From the NCBI GenBank assembly GCA_002952755.1, contig CP025011.1, positions 30,001 through 62,000 on the forward strand: a stretch of DNA of 32,000 nucleotides, written 5' to 3'. Origin of the DNA: Candidatus Saccharimonadota bacterium (GTDB taxonomy: Bacteria; Patescibacteriota; Saccharimonadia; Saccharimonadales; UBA4665). Under the pieces are notes generated by a model. The model was not told the DNA's origin. It ran no database searches and saw only the letters and a program-made list of their open reading frames with translations. A program made the position numbers and the translations under genes. Positions 16,750-24,454 of the stretch are shown piece after piece (position 1 is the stretch's first letter; each line of letters starts with the position of its first letter).

Positions 16750-17586
16750 GTGTATATGGCACCAGAGGAAATAGCTAATTTTACAAAGATTGTTCTTGCG
16801 CACTACGCTGCGCATGGGCGACATGATTTGCCGTGGCGTCGTCCCGAGGGGGACGGCTCGTTCGACCCATACAAGATCTTGGTGTCGGAGCTGATGCTCC
16901 AGCAGACGCAAGTGCCTCGTGTTATTCCAAAGTTCCAGAGCTTTATAGAACAGTTTCCTACAGTAAATGATTTGGCTCAGGCACCATTGGCTGACGTTCT
17001 GCAGACCTGGAGTGGTTTGGGTTATAACCGCCGAGCGAAGTTTTTATGGCAGAGCGCCGGAGTGATTCACGCTTCGTATGACGGCCAGCTGCCAGAGATG
17101 GTAGACGAGCTGGTGCGTCTGCCTGGCGTTGGTCTAAACACCGCAGGCGCCATTGTTGCCTATGCCTTTAATCGGCCAGTGGTGTTCATCGAAACCAATA
17201 TCCGGACAGTTTTTATCTATCACTTTTTTGCTGGCCACCAAGCAGTGAAAGATCGGGCAATTCTCGACCTTCTAGCTACTGTGCTGCCTAATGACGTCCG
17301 CACATGGTACTGGGCGCTTATGGACTACGGCACCCAGCTCAAACAGACGACCGGCAACCTTAACACGTTAAGCAAACACTACACTAAGCAGTCGACGTTT
17401 GTGGGTTCGCGACGCCAGGTCCGCGGACAAGTACTTCGGTTGCTCGGCCAGGGAATATCTACGCTTGAAGGTCTCCGGCAGCAAATAGATGACACAAGGC
17501 TGTTCGGCGTTTTAGAAGATTTGGCCGCTGAAGGTATGATTCAAAAACGCGGCGATTATTTTGCGCTCGGAAACGACGTACCGTGA
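16750..17586 (+). CDS. MutY/Nth-like HhH-GPD adenine glycosylase homologue lacking Fe-S cluster cysteines
   Basis: YKILVSELMLQQTQV, WSGLGYNRRAKFL and LPGVGLNTAGAIVAYAF match the MutY N-terminal domain. The segment where the C-x6-C-x2-C-x5-C motif is expected (WYWALMDYGTQLKQTTGNLNTLSKHY) has no Cys. The start is GTG 16750 or ATG 16756. Confidence 0.8.
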   Translation: MYMAPEEIANFTKIVLAHYAAHGRHDLPWRRPEGDGSFDPYKILVSELMLQQTQVPRVIPKFQSFIEQFPTVNDLAQAPLADVLQTWSGLGYNRRAKFLWQSAGVIHASYDGQLPEMVDELVRLPGVGLNTAGAIVAYAFNRPVVFIETNIRTVFIYHFFAGHQAVKDRAILDLLATVLPNDVRTWYWALMDYGTQLKQTTGNLNTLSKHYTKQSTFVGSRRQVRGQVLRLLGQGISTLEGLRQQIDDTRLFGVLEDLAAEGMIQKRGDYFALGNDVP

Positions 17587-17607
17587 TATATACTGAAGAT
17601 ACTATCT

Positions 17608-17952
17608 ATGCATCCACAATCAGCGCCAGCCAAACCTGTGATGGACGTTATGGCACCGTCCAAGCAGTCCCGACCGATCGCCCCTGCGGGCACGCAGCCT
17701 GAATTGTCGGCCCCAGATCGACTGGTGTCTACGCAAGGAAATTTGACAGTTGCACAGGCGCCCGCTACAGATAGCGAAACTTCAGATACTACAAAAGATA
17801 GCAGCAAGCAGATCTCAGCTCAGCATACGCCTCCGAAGAAGAGGAACGCTGGAGCGCATACGCCAATCGCTCTCATTTCGATAACGTTTTTTATGATGTT
17901 TTTGCTGATCGGCCTGGCAATTATTATGTACCTAACATCACGAGGGGGTTAG
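17608..17952 (+). CDS. small tail-anchored membrane protein, hypothetical
   Basis: The 114-aa product has a P/S/T/A-rich N-terminal part and a single C-terminal TM helix IALISITFFMMFLLIGLAIIMYL. Confidence 0.4.
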   Translation: MHPQSAPAKPVMDVMAPSKQSRPIAPAGTQPELSAPDRLVSTQGNLTVAQAPATDSETSDTTKDSSKQISAQHTPPKKRNAGAHTPIALISITFFMMFLLIGLAIIMYLTSRGG

Positions 17953-18068
17953 CTCTACATGACTGCAGGTGGGCGGCGGCTAGAGAAGGCAGATAAGTCA
18001 TACTATTGTTCTAAACTCTTTCAAGGTATAATACAAATAGAACGTTGTATCAAAACGTATAGAAGAGT

Positions 18069-19964
18069 ATGAGAAGTAACGAGTGGTTTACTAGTGGTGA
18101 CTCAAATGACAAGCGTCGCAGCAGTAAGAGCGAGACTTCTTCAACTCCCCTTGGCACCGAATCGGCAGAAGAAGCCTTGCCGCCTGAAATGCTTAGACGT
18201 GGTGAGCGCGCCCACGAACTAGACCCTTCCCGCCCTTCTGCCTTTCTTTTAAAGGAAATCCTGGAAGATAGAAGCGAACGGCCTGTTCGTACCACGCCTA
18301 CGTCGCCGTCAGACGAGGCAGAGATCCCTTTGCGCACTCGTATGCCCGACATGGTCATCGATGGACGGCAGGTTCGGCTACATGACGGGCGCTACCAGCA
18401 CGATAGAGCGACAGAAATTATAGAAAAGGCAGACTCGGCGGAAAAAGGTGACGAGGATGCCGAAGGCGACGACAATGAAGAAGACGGCGGCGAGGCGCCA
18501 ACTCAAACTAAAAAGGTCGTTACCCCCCCAACTCAGCCGCGCCGCGAGGCAGCACAGGTATCGGTTGCTCAGCAAATTATCGATCGGCTCGACGCTGACA
18601 CCCATGAAGCATTTGCCGAAACAGAAGAAAGGATAGATGCACTCGTCGACGCCAACGTGTCTGAGCCGACGGAGCCATCGGAAACTGTGCACGCAGCAGA
18701 ACCTCCGCGATCTGCAGAGCGTCCGCTTATATTGCCGCCTGTGCCTGAAGTGTCAGGGTTTGGTCCTGATTTCTCTACACCACTGCCTCCGCCGCCTGGC
18801 GGCGGACCGCCACGACCACCGATCCCTCCAATAGAAGGTGACGCATTCTATCCTCCAGAACCAGAGCCTACACCGTTTTCGTATGACGATGAAATATACT
18901 CACGCCACCCAGCATTTGCATCATCCGAACCGTCCGCTGACCGCTATGCGGCCATGCCCCCTGGCAATCCTAACTACATAAGCGTAGAGCAGCATCAGGC
19001 TGCTGTGCACGAAGCAGCGTACCGTGCTGAAAGGTATGGTGTGCGCCGTGGTGTAGTGGCTGGGTTTATCACCGGCTGGGTGGTGAAGCAGCATCTATCT
19101 AATCGTAAGTTGCATCGCATACAACAAGAGCATAGGCAAGCGTTACGGGAGCAACAGCACCACATTGCTGAGCTCGACGCTGCTCAAGCTCATTTAGATG
19201 AGCGGGTACGCACACAGGAGCAGCAGATCGATCGCTATCGGTACCAGCCGCAAACACGAATTGAGCAACCTGCACTACTGTCGCCGGCAACCCCGTTCGA
19301 GCAAGCTGCCGCGCAGGCCATGTTCCCCTCGCAGGGCAAACAGCCTATGGTGCCTGCCGTCGAGACTCTCTCACCGATAGTGTCACGGCCAAATAACCTG
19401 CCAGGTGAGGCAACGCAGTTGCAGGCGACTACGCAGACTGAGTTACCGTCCACGCAACCATCGGTATACAAGGAGACTGTCCCTCTTATTCAGGAGATAG
19501 ATAGGCAACCTCCTCCTGATAATCGGGCCGATCAGCAAGTTGTACAAGAACCGGGCCAGCATCTTGAACGCAGTGGTTGGTATAGTGCGGTCGTCGATGA
19601 ACATGGCCGCGAAATACCAGGCGCTATACGCTATGGCGAAGCACACCAGCGCGAACAACGTCAGGAACGCTCACCTCACGGTGTAACTGGCCAACAGCAA
19701 ACCAAACCGGGCGTTCCATCCCAACGTTACGCCGGGGGTGGTAGCTCGTTTGTTGGCGGAAGTACACAGCACCCCCAGCAGATGATTTCCAGCGGCCAGA
19801 CAGGACCAAGCCACCAATTGCCAACTGGGTACGATTATGCCGATGCACAACACCGGTTGCCGGCAAAATCTGTGCATTCGATCGCTAGTGCGATTTCAAG
19901 CCCGTGGCTATGGGCAGGCGTCGTTATATTGTTGCTCACTTTCTTTATTACCGCTTTGGCATAG
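18069..19964 (+). CDS. large low-complexity Pro/Gln/Glu-rich protein with a coiled-coil segment and a C-terminal TM anchor
   Basis: The 631-aa product contains PPPPGGGPPRPPIPP, the coiled-coil-like RKLHRIQQEHRQALREQQHHIAELDAAQAHLDERVRTQEQQIDRYR and the C-terminal helix WLWAGVVILLLTFFITALA. Confidence 0.55.
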   Translation: MRSNEWFTSGDSNDKRRSSKSETSSTPLGTESAEEALPPEMLRRGERAHELDPSRPSAFLLKEILEDRSERPVRTTPTSPSDEAEIPLRTRMPDMVIDGRQVRLHDGRYQHDRATEIIEKADSAEKGDEDAEGDDNEEDGGEAPTQTKKVVTPPTQPRREAAQVSVAQQIIDRLDADTHEAFAETEERIDALVDANVSEPTEPSETVHAAEPPRSAERPLILPPVPEVSGFGPDFSTPLPPPPGGGPPRPPIPPIEGDAFYPPEPEPTPFSYDDEIYSRHPAFASSEPSADRYAAMPPGNPNYISVEQHQAAVHEAAYRAERYGVRRGVVAGFITGWVVKQHLSNRKLHRIQQEHRQALREQQHHIAELDAAQAHLDERVRTQEQQIDRYRYQPQTRIEQPALLSPATPFEQAAAQAMFPSQGKQPMVPAVETLSPIVSRPNNLPGEATQLQATTQTELPSTQPSVYKETVPLIQEIDRQPPPDNRADQQVVQEPGQHLERSGWYSAVVDEHGREIPGAIRYGEAHQREQRQERSPHGVTGQQQTKPGVPSQRYAGGGSSFVGGSTQHPQQMISSGQTGPSHQLPTGYDYADAQHRLPAKSVHSIASAISSPWLWAGVVILLLTFFITALA

Positions 19965-20008
19965 CGGGCCTATAACTTCACTCACGTGTAAATACAGCTA
20001 GCTGATAC

Positions 20009-20611
20009 TTAGCGGGTAACTTTTTTGAGGATAATTCCGAGCCCTAAGCGAAGCAGCGTAAGTGCGCCGAAAAGTATACTCAAGGCTATGCCGAAACCAG
20101 CCGTATCCATCGACCAATTGGCCGAAGCAAAGTCGAATTTATACATGGCGTCGGGGATCGAACGTGGCGAAGTACCGTGATCTTTGACGTATTGTTCGAT
20201 GCACGGTACACGTGGACCCCCGGAAAAACTATTGGGATATTTTGCTTCGCAGGTATGTTGCGCATCAGTGTAGATAGCAGAATTGACACTATCAACACGT
20301 GCTTTTTCAGCTTGCTGGAGCCTCTCGTAAGTGTATTTTAGTTGAATTGGTGGGTACACGCCATCGGCGCTGGCGAGTGAGGTGTTCATATGGGAGCCGA
20401 CGAACGCTCTAAGGTTTTGCAAGGCGTGCTCGACGTCACCGTTATGTTGATCGGTGGTGTATACGGCTTGACGAAGTACCGCCATATGCTGATAATTGGC
20501 ACGCATACCAAAGATACCTATGAGCGCAAAAACTATCGTTACTGCAAGCAGGTACCAGACTTTAATAGGACGGATACGCGTCCATAGATGATGAAGGTAG
20601 CTTTTATACAT
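20009..20611 (-). CDS. hypothetical two-TM membrane protein with a Cys-containing ectodomain
   Basis: The 200-aa product has the TM helix VWYLLAVTIVFALIGIFG near the N-terminus and GFGIALSILFGALTLLRLGL near the C-terminus. Confidence 0.55.
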   Translation of the reverse strand: MYKSYLHHLWTRIRPIKVWYLLAVTIVFALIGIFGMRANYQHMAVLRQAVYTTDQHNGDVEHALQNLRAFVGSHMNTSLASADGVYPPIQLKYTYERLQQAEKARVDSVNSAIYTDAQHTCEAKYPNSFSGGPRVPCIEQYVKDHGTSPRSIPDAMYKFDFASANWSMDTAGFGIALSILFGALTLLRLGLGIILKKVTR

Positions 20612-20663
20612 AAGAGTTACTGCTATTGTAGCGTAAAGTTCCTACCCAGGACTAGGTAGTTAC

Positions 20664-20770
20664 GATACCCCGCTCTCTCACTCCGAGCAGAGTCAGGCGT
20701 AGTGCAGCCAGACCGACTTTTAGTCGGCCTGCGCGAAAACGCTCTGCTCGGAGTGAGAGAGCGGGGTATC
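20664..20770. repeat. hairpin element E1: 29-bp perfect stem around a conserved 49-nt core
   Basis: GATACCCCGCTCTCTCACTCCGAGCAGAG (20664-20692) pairs with CTCTGCTCGGAGTGAGAGAGCGGGGTATC (20742-20770). The core is TCAGGCGTAGTGCAGCCAGACCGACTTTTAGTCGGCCTGCGCGAAAACG. Confidence 0.9.
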
Positions 20771-20790
20771 CGCCGCCTGTATTGTTAAGT

Positions 20791-20827
20791 ATAAAAATCA
20801 ACCCTCTGGCAATGCCAGAGGGTTGAT
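20791..20827 (-). terminator. rho-independent terminator of the 20849-21454 gene
   Basis: On the minus strand, ATCAACCCTCTGGC..GCCAGAGGGTTGAT forms a 13-14 bp stem followed by TTTTTAT. Confidence 0.7.
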
Positions 20828-20848
20828 GAAGGTTCTTAAGTTTTTATA

Positions 20849-21454
20849 TTAGGGCTTGGTAGTAGTGGTCGGCGTACTGGTGGCCGTTGAACACTGCTGA
20901 CCCTTGGGGTTTTGCTGGACCCATTGGCTGATAGCTTTACTTACCTGGCCATCGGTCTTGAGGTTTTCCCAGAAGGTAACTTGATCGCGGTTGATGATCA
21001 TTTGATCTAGCGGACCGTGCAATTCACAACCCAGCTTCACTAGTGAAACACTCTGGTTACTGTTGGCGGCGTTGGTGGTGGCATCTTTTTGGTTTGGCTG
21101 TACTTGCTGGTTCACGTTTAAGTAGTACACGCCTTGCAGGTCAACAAAGCGACTATTGATGGCCGTGACCCTACCAAAGTAAACCTGGCCGTTCGTAAGG
21201 AAAACCGCCTGCTCGGTTTTGGTATTAACGTAGGATACCTCTTTTGTGCCACCATAATGCAGCAAAAAGACCATGGATATAGCTAAACATGTGATAGCGA
21301 AGAGCAATACGACCCACATAACGCGCAACCAACTTGGACTACTATTCCAGCTTTTGCTCACGCTCGGCCTGCTACTTGCACTCGATGTAGTGCCCGCAGC
21401 GCTTGCAGCGCGTGCCGGAGTAGGCTGGGCACCACGGTTCGTATTAAATTCCAT
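20849..21454 (-). CDS. hypothetical N-terminally anchored membrane protein
   Basis: The start is placed at MEFNTNRG, with an SD AAGGGGGA 8 nt upstream. It has the TM helix WLRVMWVVLLFAITCLAISMVFLL, a beta-rich ectodomain and a Thr-rich tail. Confidence 0.6.
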   Translation of the reverse strand: MEFNTNRGAQPTPARAASAAGTTSSASSRPSVSKSWNSSPSWLRVMWVVLLFAITCLAISMVFLLHYGGTKEVSYVNTKTEQAVFLTNGQVYFGRVTAINSRFVDLQGVYYLNVNQQVQPNQKDATTNAANSNQSVSLVKLGCELHGPLDQMIINRDQVTFWENLKTDGQVSKAISQWVQQNPKGQQCSTATSTPTTTTKP

Positions 21455-21586
21455 TAGAAAAATCCCCCTTTTATAGACACTAGTGTAATACATGTCCTTT
21501 ATAGGCCGCAAGTAGCTTATGGCTATTCTTATCCCTCATATGGCACATTTCTGCAGCTTAAGAGGTCGTCATCTGGAGCATAACTG

Positions 21587-21616
21587 TTGACAAAGGAAAA
21601 ACGATCAGAGTATGTT
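21587..21616 (+). promoter_or_regulatory. sigma70-type promoter for the 67-aa gene
   Basis: TTGACA (21587-21592), an 18-nt spacer and TATGTT (21611-21616). Confidence 0.45.
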
Positions 21617-21658
21617 AGGGATACCACTACTAAATGCTAAGAAGGGGATATTAAGCAA

Positions 21659-21862
21659 ATGGCATTTACGCAAACCAACCCTAAAGGTATCACGTACTAC
21701 CTGAACTCTAAGATGGTCGTACTGCGCGGCGGCAAAGAGCAGAAGATTTATTACTTCAGTAAAGACCTCCGCCCAGAGACTGCTGTCGATGAGCTCCCAG
21801 AAGGCATGGAAGTAAACGTTAACCCACGTAATGGATTCATGACTGTTAAGCGCAAGAAATAG
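21659..21862 (+). CDS. small conserved-looking hypothetical protein, 67 aa
   Basis: It has an SD GAAGGGGA upstream, basic beta-rich sequence (GITYYLNSKMVVLRGGKEQKIYYFSKD) and a strong terminator immediately downstream. Confidence 0.6.
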   Translation: MAFTQTNPKGITYYLNSKMVVLRGGKEQKIYYFSKDLRPETAVDELPEGMEVNVNPRNGFMTVKRKK

Positions 21863-21880
21863 CTTTTTTATATCTTCGCC

Positions 21881-21929
21881 AAACGACCGCCACCAATAGT
21901 CTAGGAGGGGCGGTCGTTTTAATTTTTTG
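21881..21929 (+). terminator. rho-independent terminator
   Basis: AAACGACCGCC (21881-21891) pairs with GGCGGTCGTTT (21909-21919), followed by TAATTTTTT. Confidence 0.75.
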
Positions 21930-21939
21930 CAATCTGTGG

Positions 21940-22047
21940 GCGGCAACCCATCCCCTTGGCTGAGTAGAGTCAGGCATAGTGCAGCCAGACCGACTTTGGT
22001 CGGCCTGCGCGAAAACGCTCTACTCAGCCAAGGGGATGGGTTGCCGC
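21940..22047. repeat. hairpin element E2: 30-bp perfect stem around a conserved 48-nt core
   Basis: GCGGCAACCCATCCCCTTGGCTGAGTAGAG (21940-21969) pairs with CTCTACTCAGCCAAGGGGATGGGTTGCCGC (22018-22047). The core is TCAGGCATAGTGCAGCCAGACCGACTTTGGTCGGCCTGCGCGAAAACG. Confidence 0.9.
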
Positions 22048-22075
22048 TTGGCATTTCCTTAACAAGTTTAGATTA

Positions 22076-22083
22076 TGTATAGT
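22076..22083 (+). promoter_or_regulatory. -10 box TG-TATAGT, 7 nt upstream of the ATG at 22091 (leaderless candidate)
   Basis: TATAGT lies at 22078-22083, preceded by TG. No SD is present in 22084-22090. Confidence 0.3.
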
Positions 22084-22090
22084 TATAGAT

Positions 22091-22846
22091 ATGACAGCAA
22101 TTGTAAAAGTAAAAGATCTCCGCAAGAAGTATGGTGACCGCGAGGTCGTGAAAGGCATTAGTTTTGAAGTAGAAAAGGGCGAAATCTTCGGTATCCTCGG
22201 CCCCAACGGCGCGGGGAAAACTACCACCCTGGAGATGATCGAAGCTGTCCGGCCTATTGATGGCGGCACCGCAACCATTGCGGGTGTAGACGTGGGCGGC
22301 AGCCCATGGGAGATTCGGCGTCTCATTGGTGTCCAACCGCAGTCGTCGGCGTTTCAGGATAAAACAAAATTGACCGAGGTGATCGAACTATTCGCCGCCG
22401 CTTACGGCGAGCGGGTCGACCCCATGGAGTTCTTAGAAGATGTGAAGCTGGCCGAAAAAGCGAATAGCTACGTCGAGAATTTGTCTGGCGGGCAGCGGCA
22501 ACGCTTAAGTATCGCCGCGGCGCTCGTGCATAGCCCCAAAGTATTCTTTATGGACGAGCCCACAACAGGTCTCGACCCCCAGGCTCGCCGTAATTTGTGG
22601 GAGCTGGTGGAGCATGTACGTAGCAAAGGTGTCACGGTTATTCTCACTACACACTACATGGACGAGGCCCAATTGCTCTGCGACCGCGTGGCGGTTATGG
22701 ACAATGGCGTTATCATTGCCTTGGATTCGCCCAAAGCTCTAATTAAGCAGCTTCTAGCCAAGGGCTTCACCAAGAAGCAACAAGTAGAGCAGGCCGATTT
22801 GGAAGACGTGTTTATTGATCTGACGGGAAAGGGCTTGAGGGATTAG
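22091..22846 (+). CDS. ABC transporter ATP-binding protein (ABC-2/DrrA-like exporter)
   Basis: It has Walker A GPNGAGKTT, the signature LSGGQRQRL, Walker B VFFMDEPTTGLD and the H-loop TTHYMDE. Confidence 0.9.
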   Translation: MTAIVKVKDLRKKYGDREVVKGISFEVEKGEIFGILGPNGAGKTTTLEMIEAVRPIDGGTATIAGVDVGGSPWEIRRLIGVQPQSSAFQDKTKLTEVIELFAAAYGERVDPMEFLEDVKLAEKANSYVENLSGGQRQRLSIAAALVHSPKVFFMDEPTTGLDPQARRNLWELVEHVRSKGVTVILTTHYMDEAQLLCDRVAVMDNGVIIALDSPKALIKQLLAKGFTKKQQVEQADLEDVFIDLTGKGLRD

Positions 22847-23003
22847 CTTATGACCCCATCTCAAATCTCCCCTCCGCCCCAAACCACCCAGTTTCGGCCA
22901 AGATCTGCCCAGGCTGCGTCAGCGTACCCGTCGGTACACTTCCTTACCCTGAACAAATCTTGCCTCGAAACTGGACAATTTGACATCGAAGAGGAGGTTT
23001 GAG

Positions 23004-24131
23004 ATGGGGTCAATGAGTACATTCAAAAAGCAGTGGTTTACCGTGGGCGTTTTTGCGCGGCAAAGCACACGCCGCTTTTTCCGTGATCGTCTGGCGATCT
23101 TTTTTGGCATCTTGTTTCCGCTTATCTTCCTATTTGTATTCGGTGGAATTTTTGGCAAGGCGAGCGGCACCTCATTTAAGGTAGCGCTGTTGAATCAATC
23201 CAACACTGCGTCGGCACACAGCTTTGTAAGTGAAGCCGGCCATAGCAAGTTACTCAAAATAGACAAAACGATCACGACTATGGATAAGGCACAGGCCAAG
23301 ATGGTTCGCTCCCAGATTGACGCCACTATCGTGCTACCGCCAGATTTCGGCACCGTTAAGAAAGGACAAGCTTACCCTTCTGGTACGGCGTTGGTGGAAT
23401 ATACCCAAAATGGTCAGCAGGCCGGCCAAACGCTCACCTCAATTCTCGATGCCGAGTTTGTCGGTATGAACGGCAAGTATGTTTCAACCGTGACGCCCTT
23501 TAAGGCAGCGGGCAAACAGACGGTTAATAAAAGCCTGAGTCAGTTTGACTACACTTTTGCCGGGTTACTCGGTTTTTCGATCATCGGCATGGGCATTTTT
23601 GGTCCGATCAACGTATTCCCAGAGCTAAAGAAGCAGGGTATCTTGCGCCGCTTGCACACCACGCCGTTGCGCGTGTGGCAGTATTTTACGGCAACCATGA
23701 TTTCGCAAGCGATTGTCGGCTTAGTATCTCTGAGCGTGATGTTCGCGGTGGCGATCGGTGTCTTTCATCTGCATGTGGTGGGCAACTGGCTACTGATCGC
23801 TGCGTGGTTGGTCTTTAGTATTGTGATGATTCTCGGGATTGGCTTATCGATTGGCGGTTGGGCCAAGAATGAACGTCAGGCAGCGCCGTTGTCAAACATC
23901 ATCGTATTTCCAATGCTGTTCTTAAGCGGTACCTTCTTCCCGCGTTTCTTGATGCCCGAATGGCTGCAGAATGCCACCGCGTACCTGCCCCTTACTCCAG
24001 TGATTGATGGGATCCGATTGATCACCACTGAAGGTAAAGGTGTTATGGATTTGCTCTCTCAGCTCGGAATTATGGCCGGCTGGACAGTCATCATTTACCT
24101 CATCGCGTTCCGTGTATTCCGTTGGGAGTAA
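23004..24131 (+). CDS. ABC-2 type transporter permease
   Basis: It has six or so TM helices and a large first extracytoplasmic loop. An SD GAGGAGG lies 6 nt before the ATG at 23004; the track's TTG at 22980 is less likely. Confidence 0.8.
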   Translation: MGSMSTFKKQWFTVGVFARQSTRRFFRDRLAIFFGILFPLIFLFVFGGIFGKASGTSFKVALLNQSNTASAHSFVSEAGHSKLLKIDKTITTMDKAQAKMVRSQIDATIVLPPDFGTVKKGQAYPSGTALVEYTQNGQQAGQTLTSILDAEFVGMNGKYVSTVTPFKAAGKQTVNKSLSQFDYTFAGLLGFSIIGMGIFGPINVFPELKKQGILRRLHTTPLRVWQYFTATMISQAIVGLVSLSVMFAVAIGVFHLHVVGNWLLIAAWLVFSIVMILGIGLSIGGWAKNERQAAPLSNIIVFPMLFLSGTFFPRFLMPEWLQNATAYLPLTPVIDGIRLITTEGKGVMDLLSQLGIMAGWTVIIYLIAFRVFRWE

Positions 24132-24135
24132 GCTG

Positions 24136-24417
24136 TTGAAACACTTAACTTTAGACGAACTAGATGAGAGATTACATGTCGCCGCTCAAAATGTAGTGGT
24201 GGGCGGACGATATCGTCATTATAAAGGCAACTATTACACGGTAACTCAGCTGGCGATTTTAGAAGCCACGAATGAGCCGGTGGTTATCTATCGGGCAGAC
24301 TACGATGCACGAATCTCATTTGTTCGACCAGTAACTTCCTGGCTGGAGAAGGTTGATATTGAGGGTGTAGCAGTTACTCGTTTTACCCTCGAAGAAGATG
24401 CCGCCACCCTAGACTAG
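24136..24417 (+). CDS. DUF1653-like small protein
   Basis: GRYRHYKGNYYTVTQLAILEATNEPVVIYRADYD..FVRP matches my recollection of the DUF1653 signature. The portion of the track ORF upstream of 24131 overlaps the permease, so a TTG start at 24136 is inferred. Confidence 0.55.
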   Translation: MKHLTLDELDERLHVAAQNVVVGGRYRHYKGNYYTVTQLAILEATNEPVVIYRADYDARISFVRPVTSWLEKVDIEGVAVTRFTLEEDAATLD

Positions 24418-24437
24418 TTCTGGGGAGGTGAAAAAGA

Positions 24438-24446
24438 TGTTATAAT
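24438..24446 (+). promoter_or_regulatory. extended -10 promoter TGtTATAAT, 8 nt upstream of the dus ATG (leaderless candidate)
   Basis: TGTTATAAT lies at 24438-24446 and the ATG at 24455, with no SD between them. Confidence 0.45.
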
Positions 24447-24454
24447 TAGTTTTA

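Noticed and set aside
20664-22047. E1/E2 as a CRISPR array, MITEs, integron attC sites or plain terminators.
   Set aside because: There are no tandem direct repeats or spacers. The ends are not conserved between copies, which excludes MITEs and attC sites. No R-box-like GTTRRRY ends are present. No U-tract follows either stem on either strand, and a genuine terminator already precedes each element.
21605-22054. A 149-aa minus-strand ORF.
   Set aside because: It is antisense to the SD- and terminator-supported 67-aa gene. It also runs through the terminator and both arms of hairpin E2, so its length is a by-product of the palindromes.
22850-22990. A 46-aa ORF (MTPSQISPPPQTTQF..) in the spacer between the ABC genes.
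   Set aside because: It has no SD, its sequence is Pro/Ser-rich and low-complexity, and it overlaps the permease SD. It is probably non-coding.
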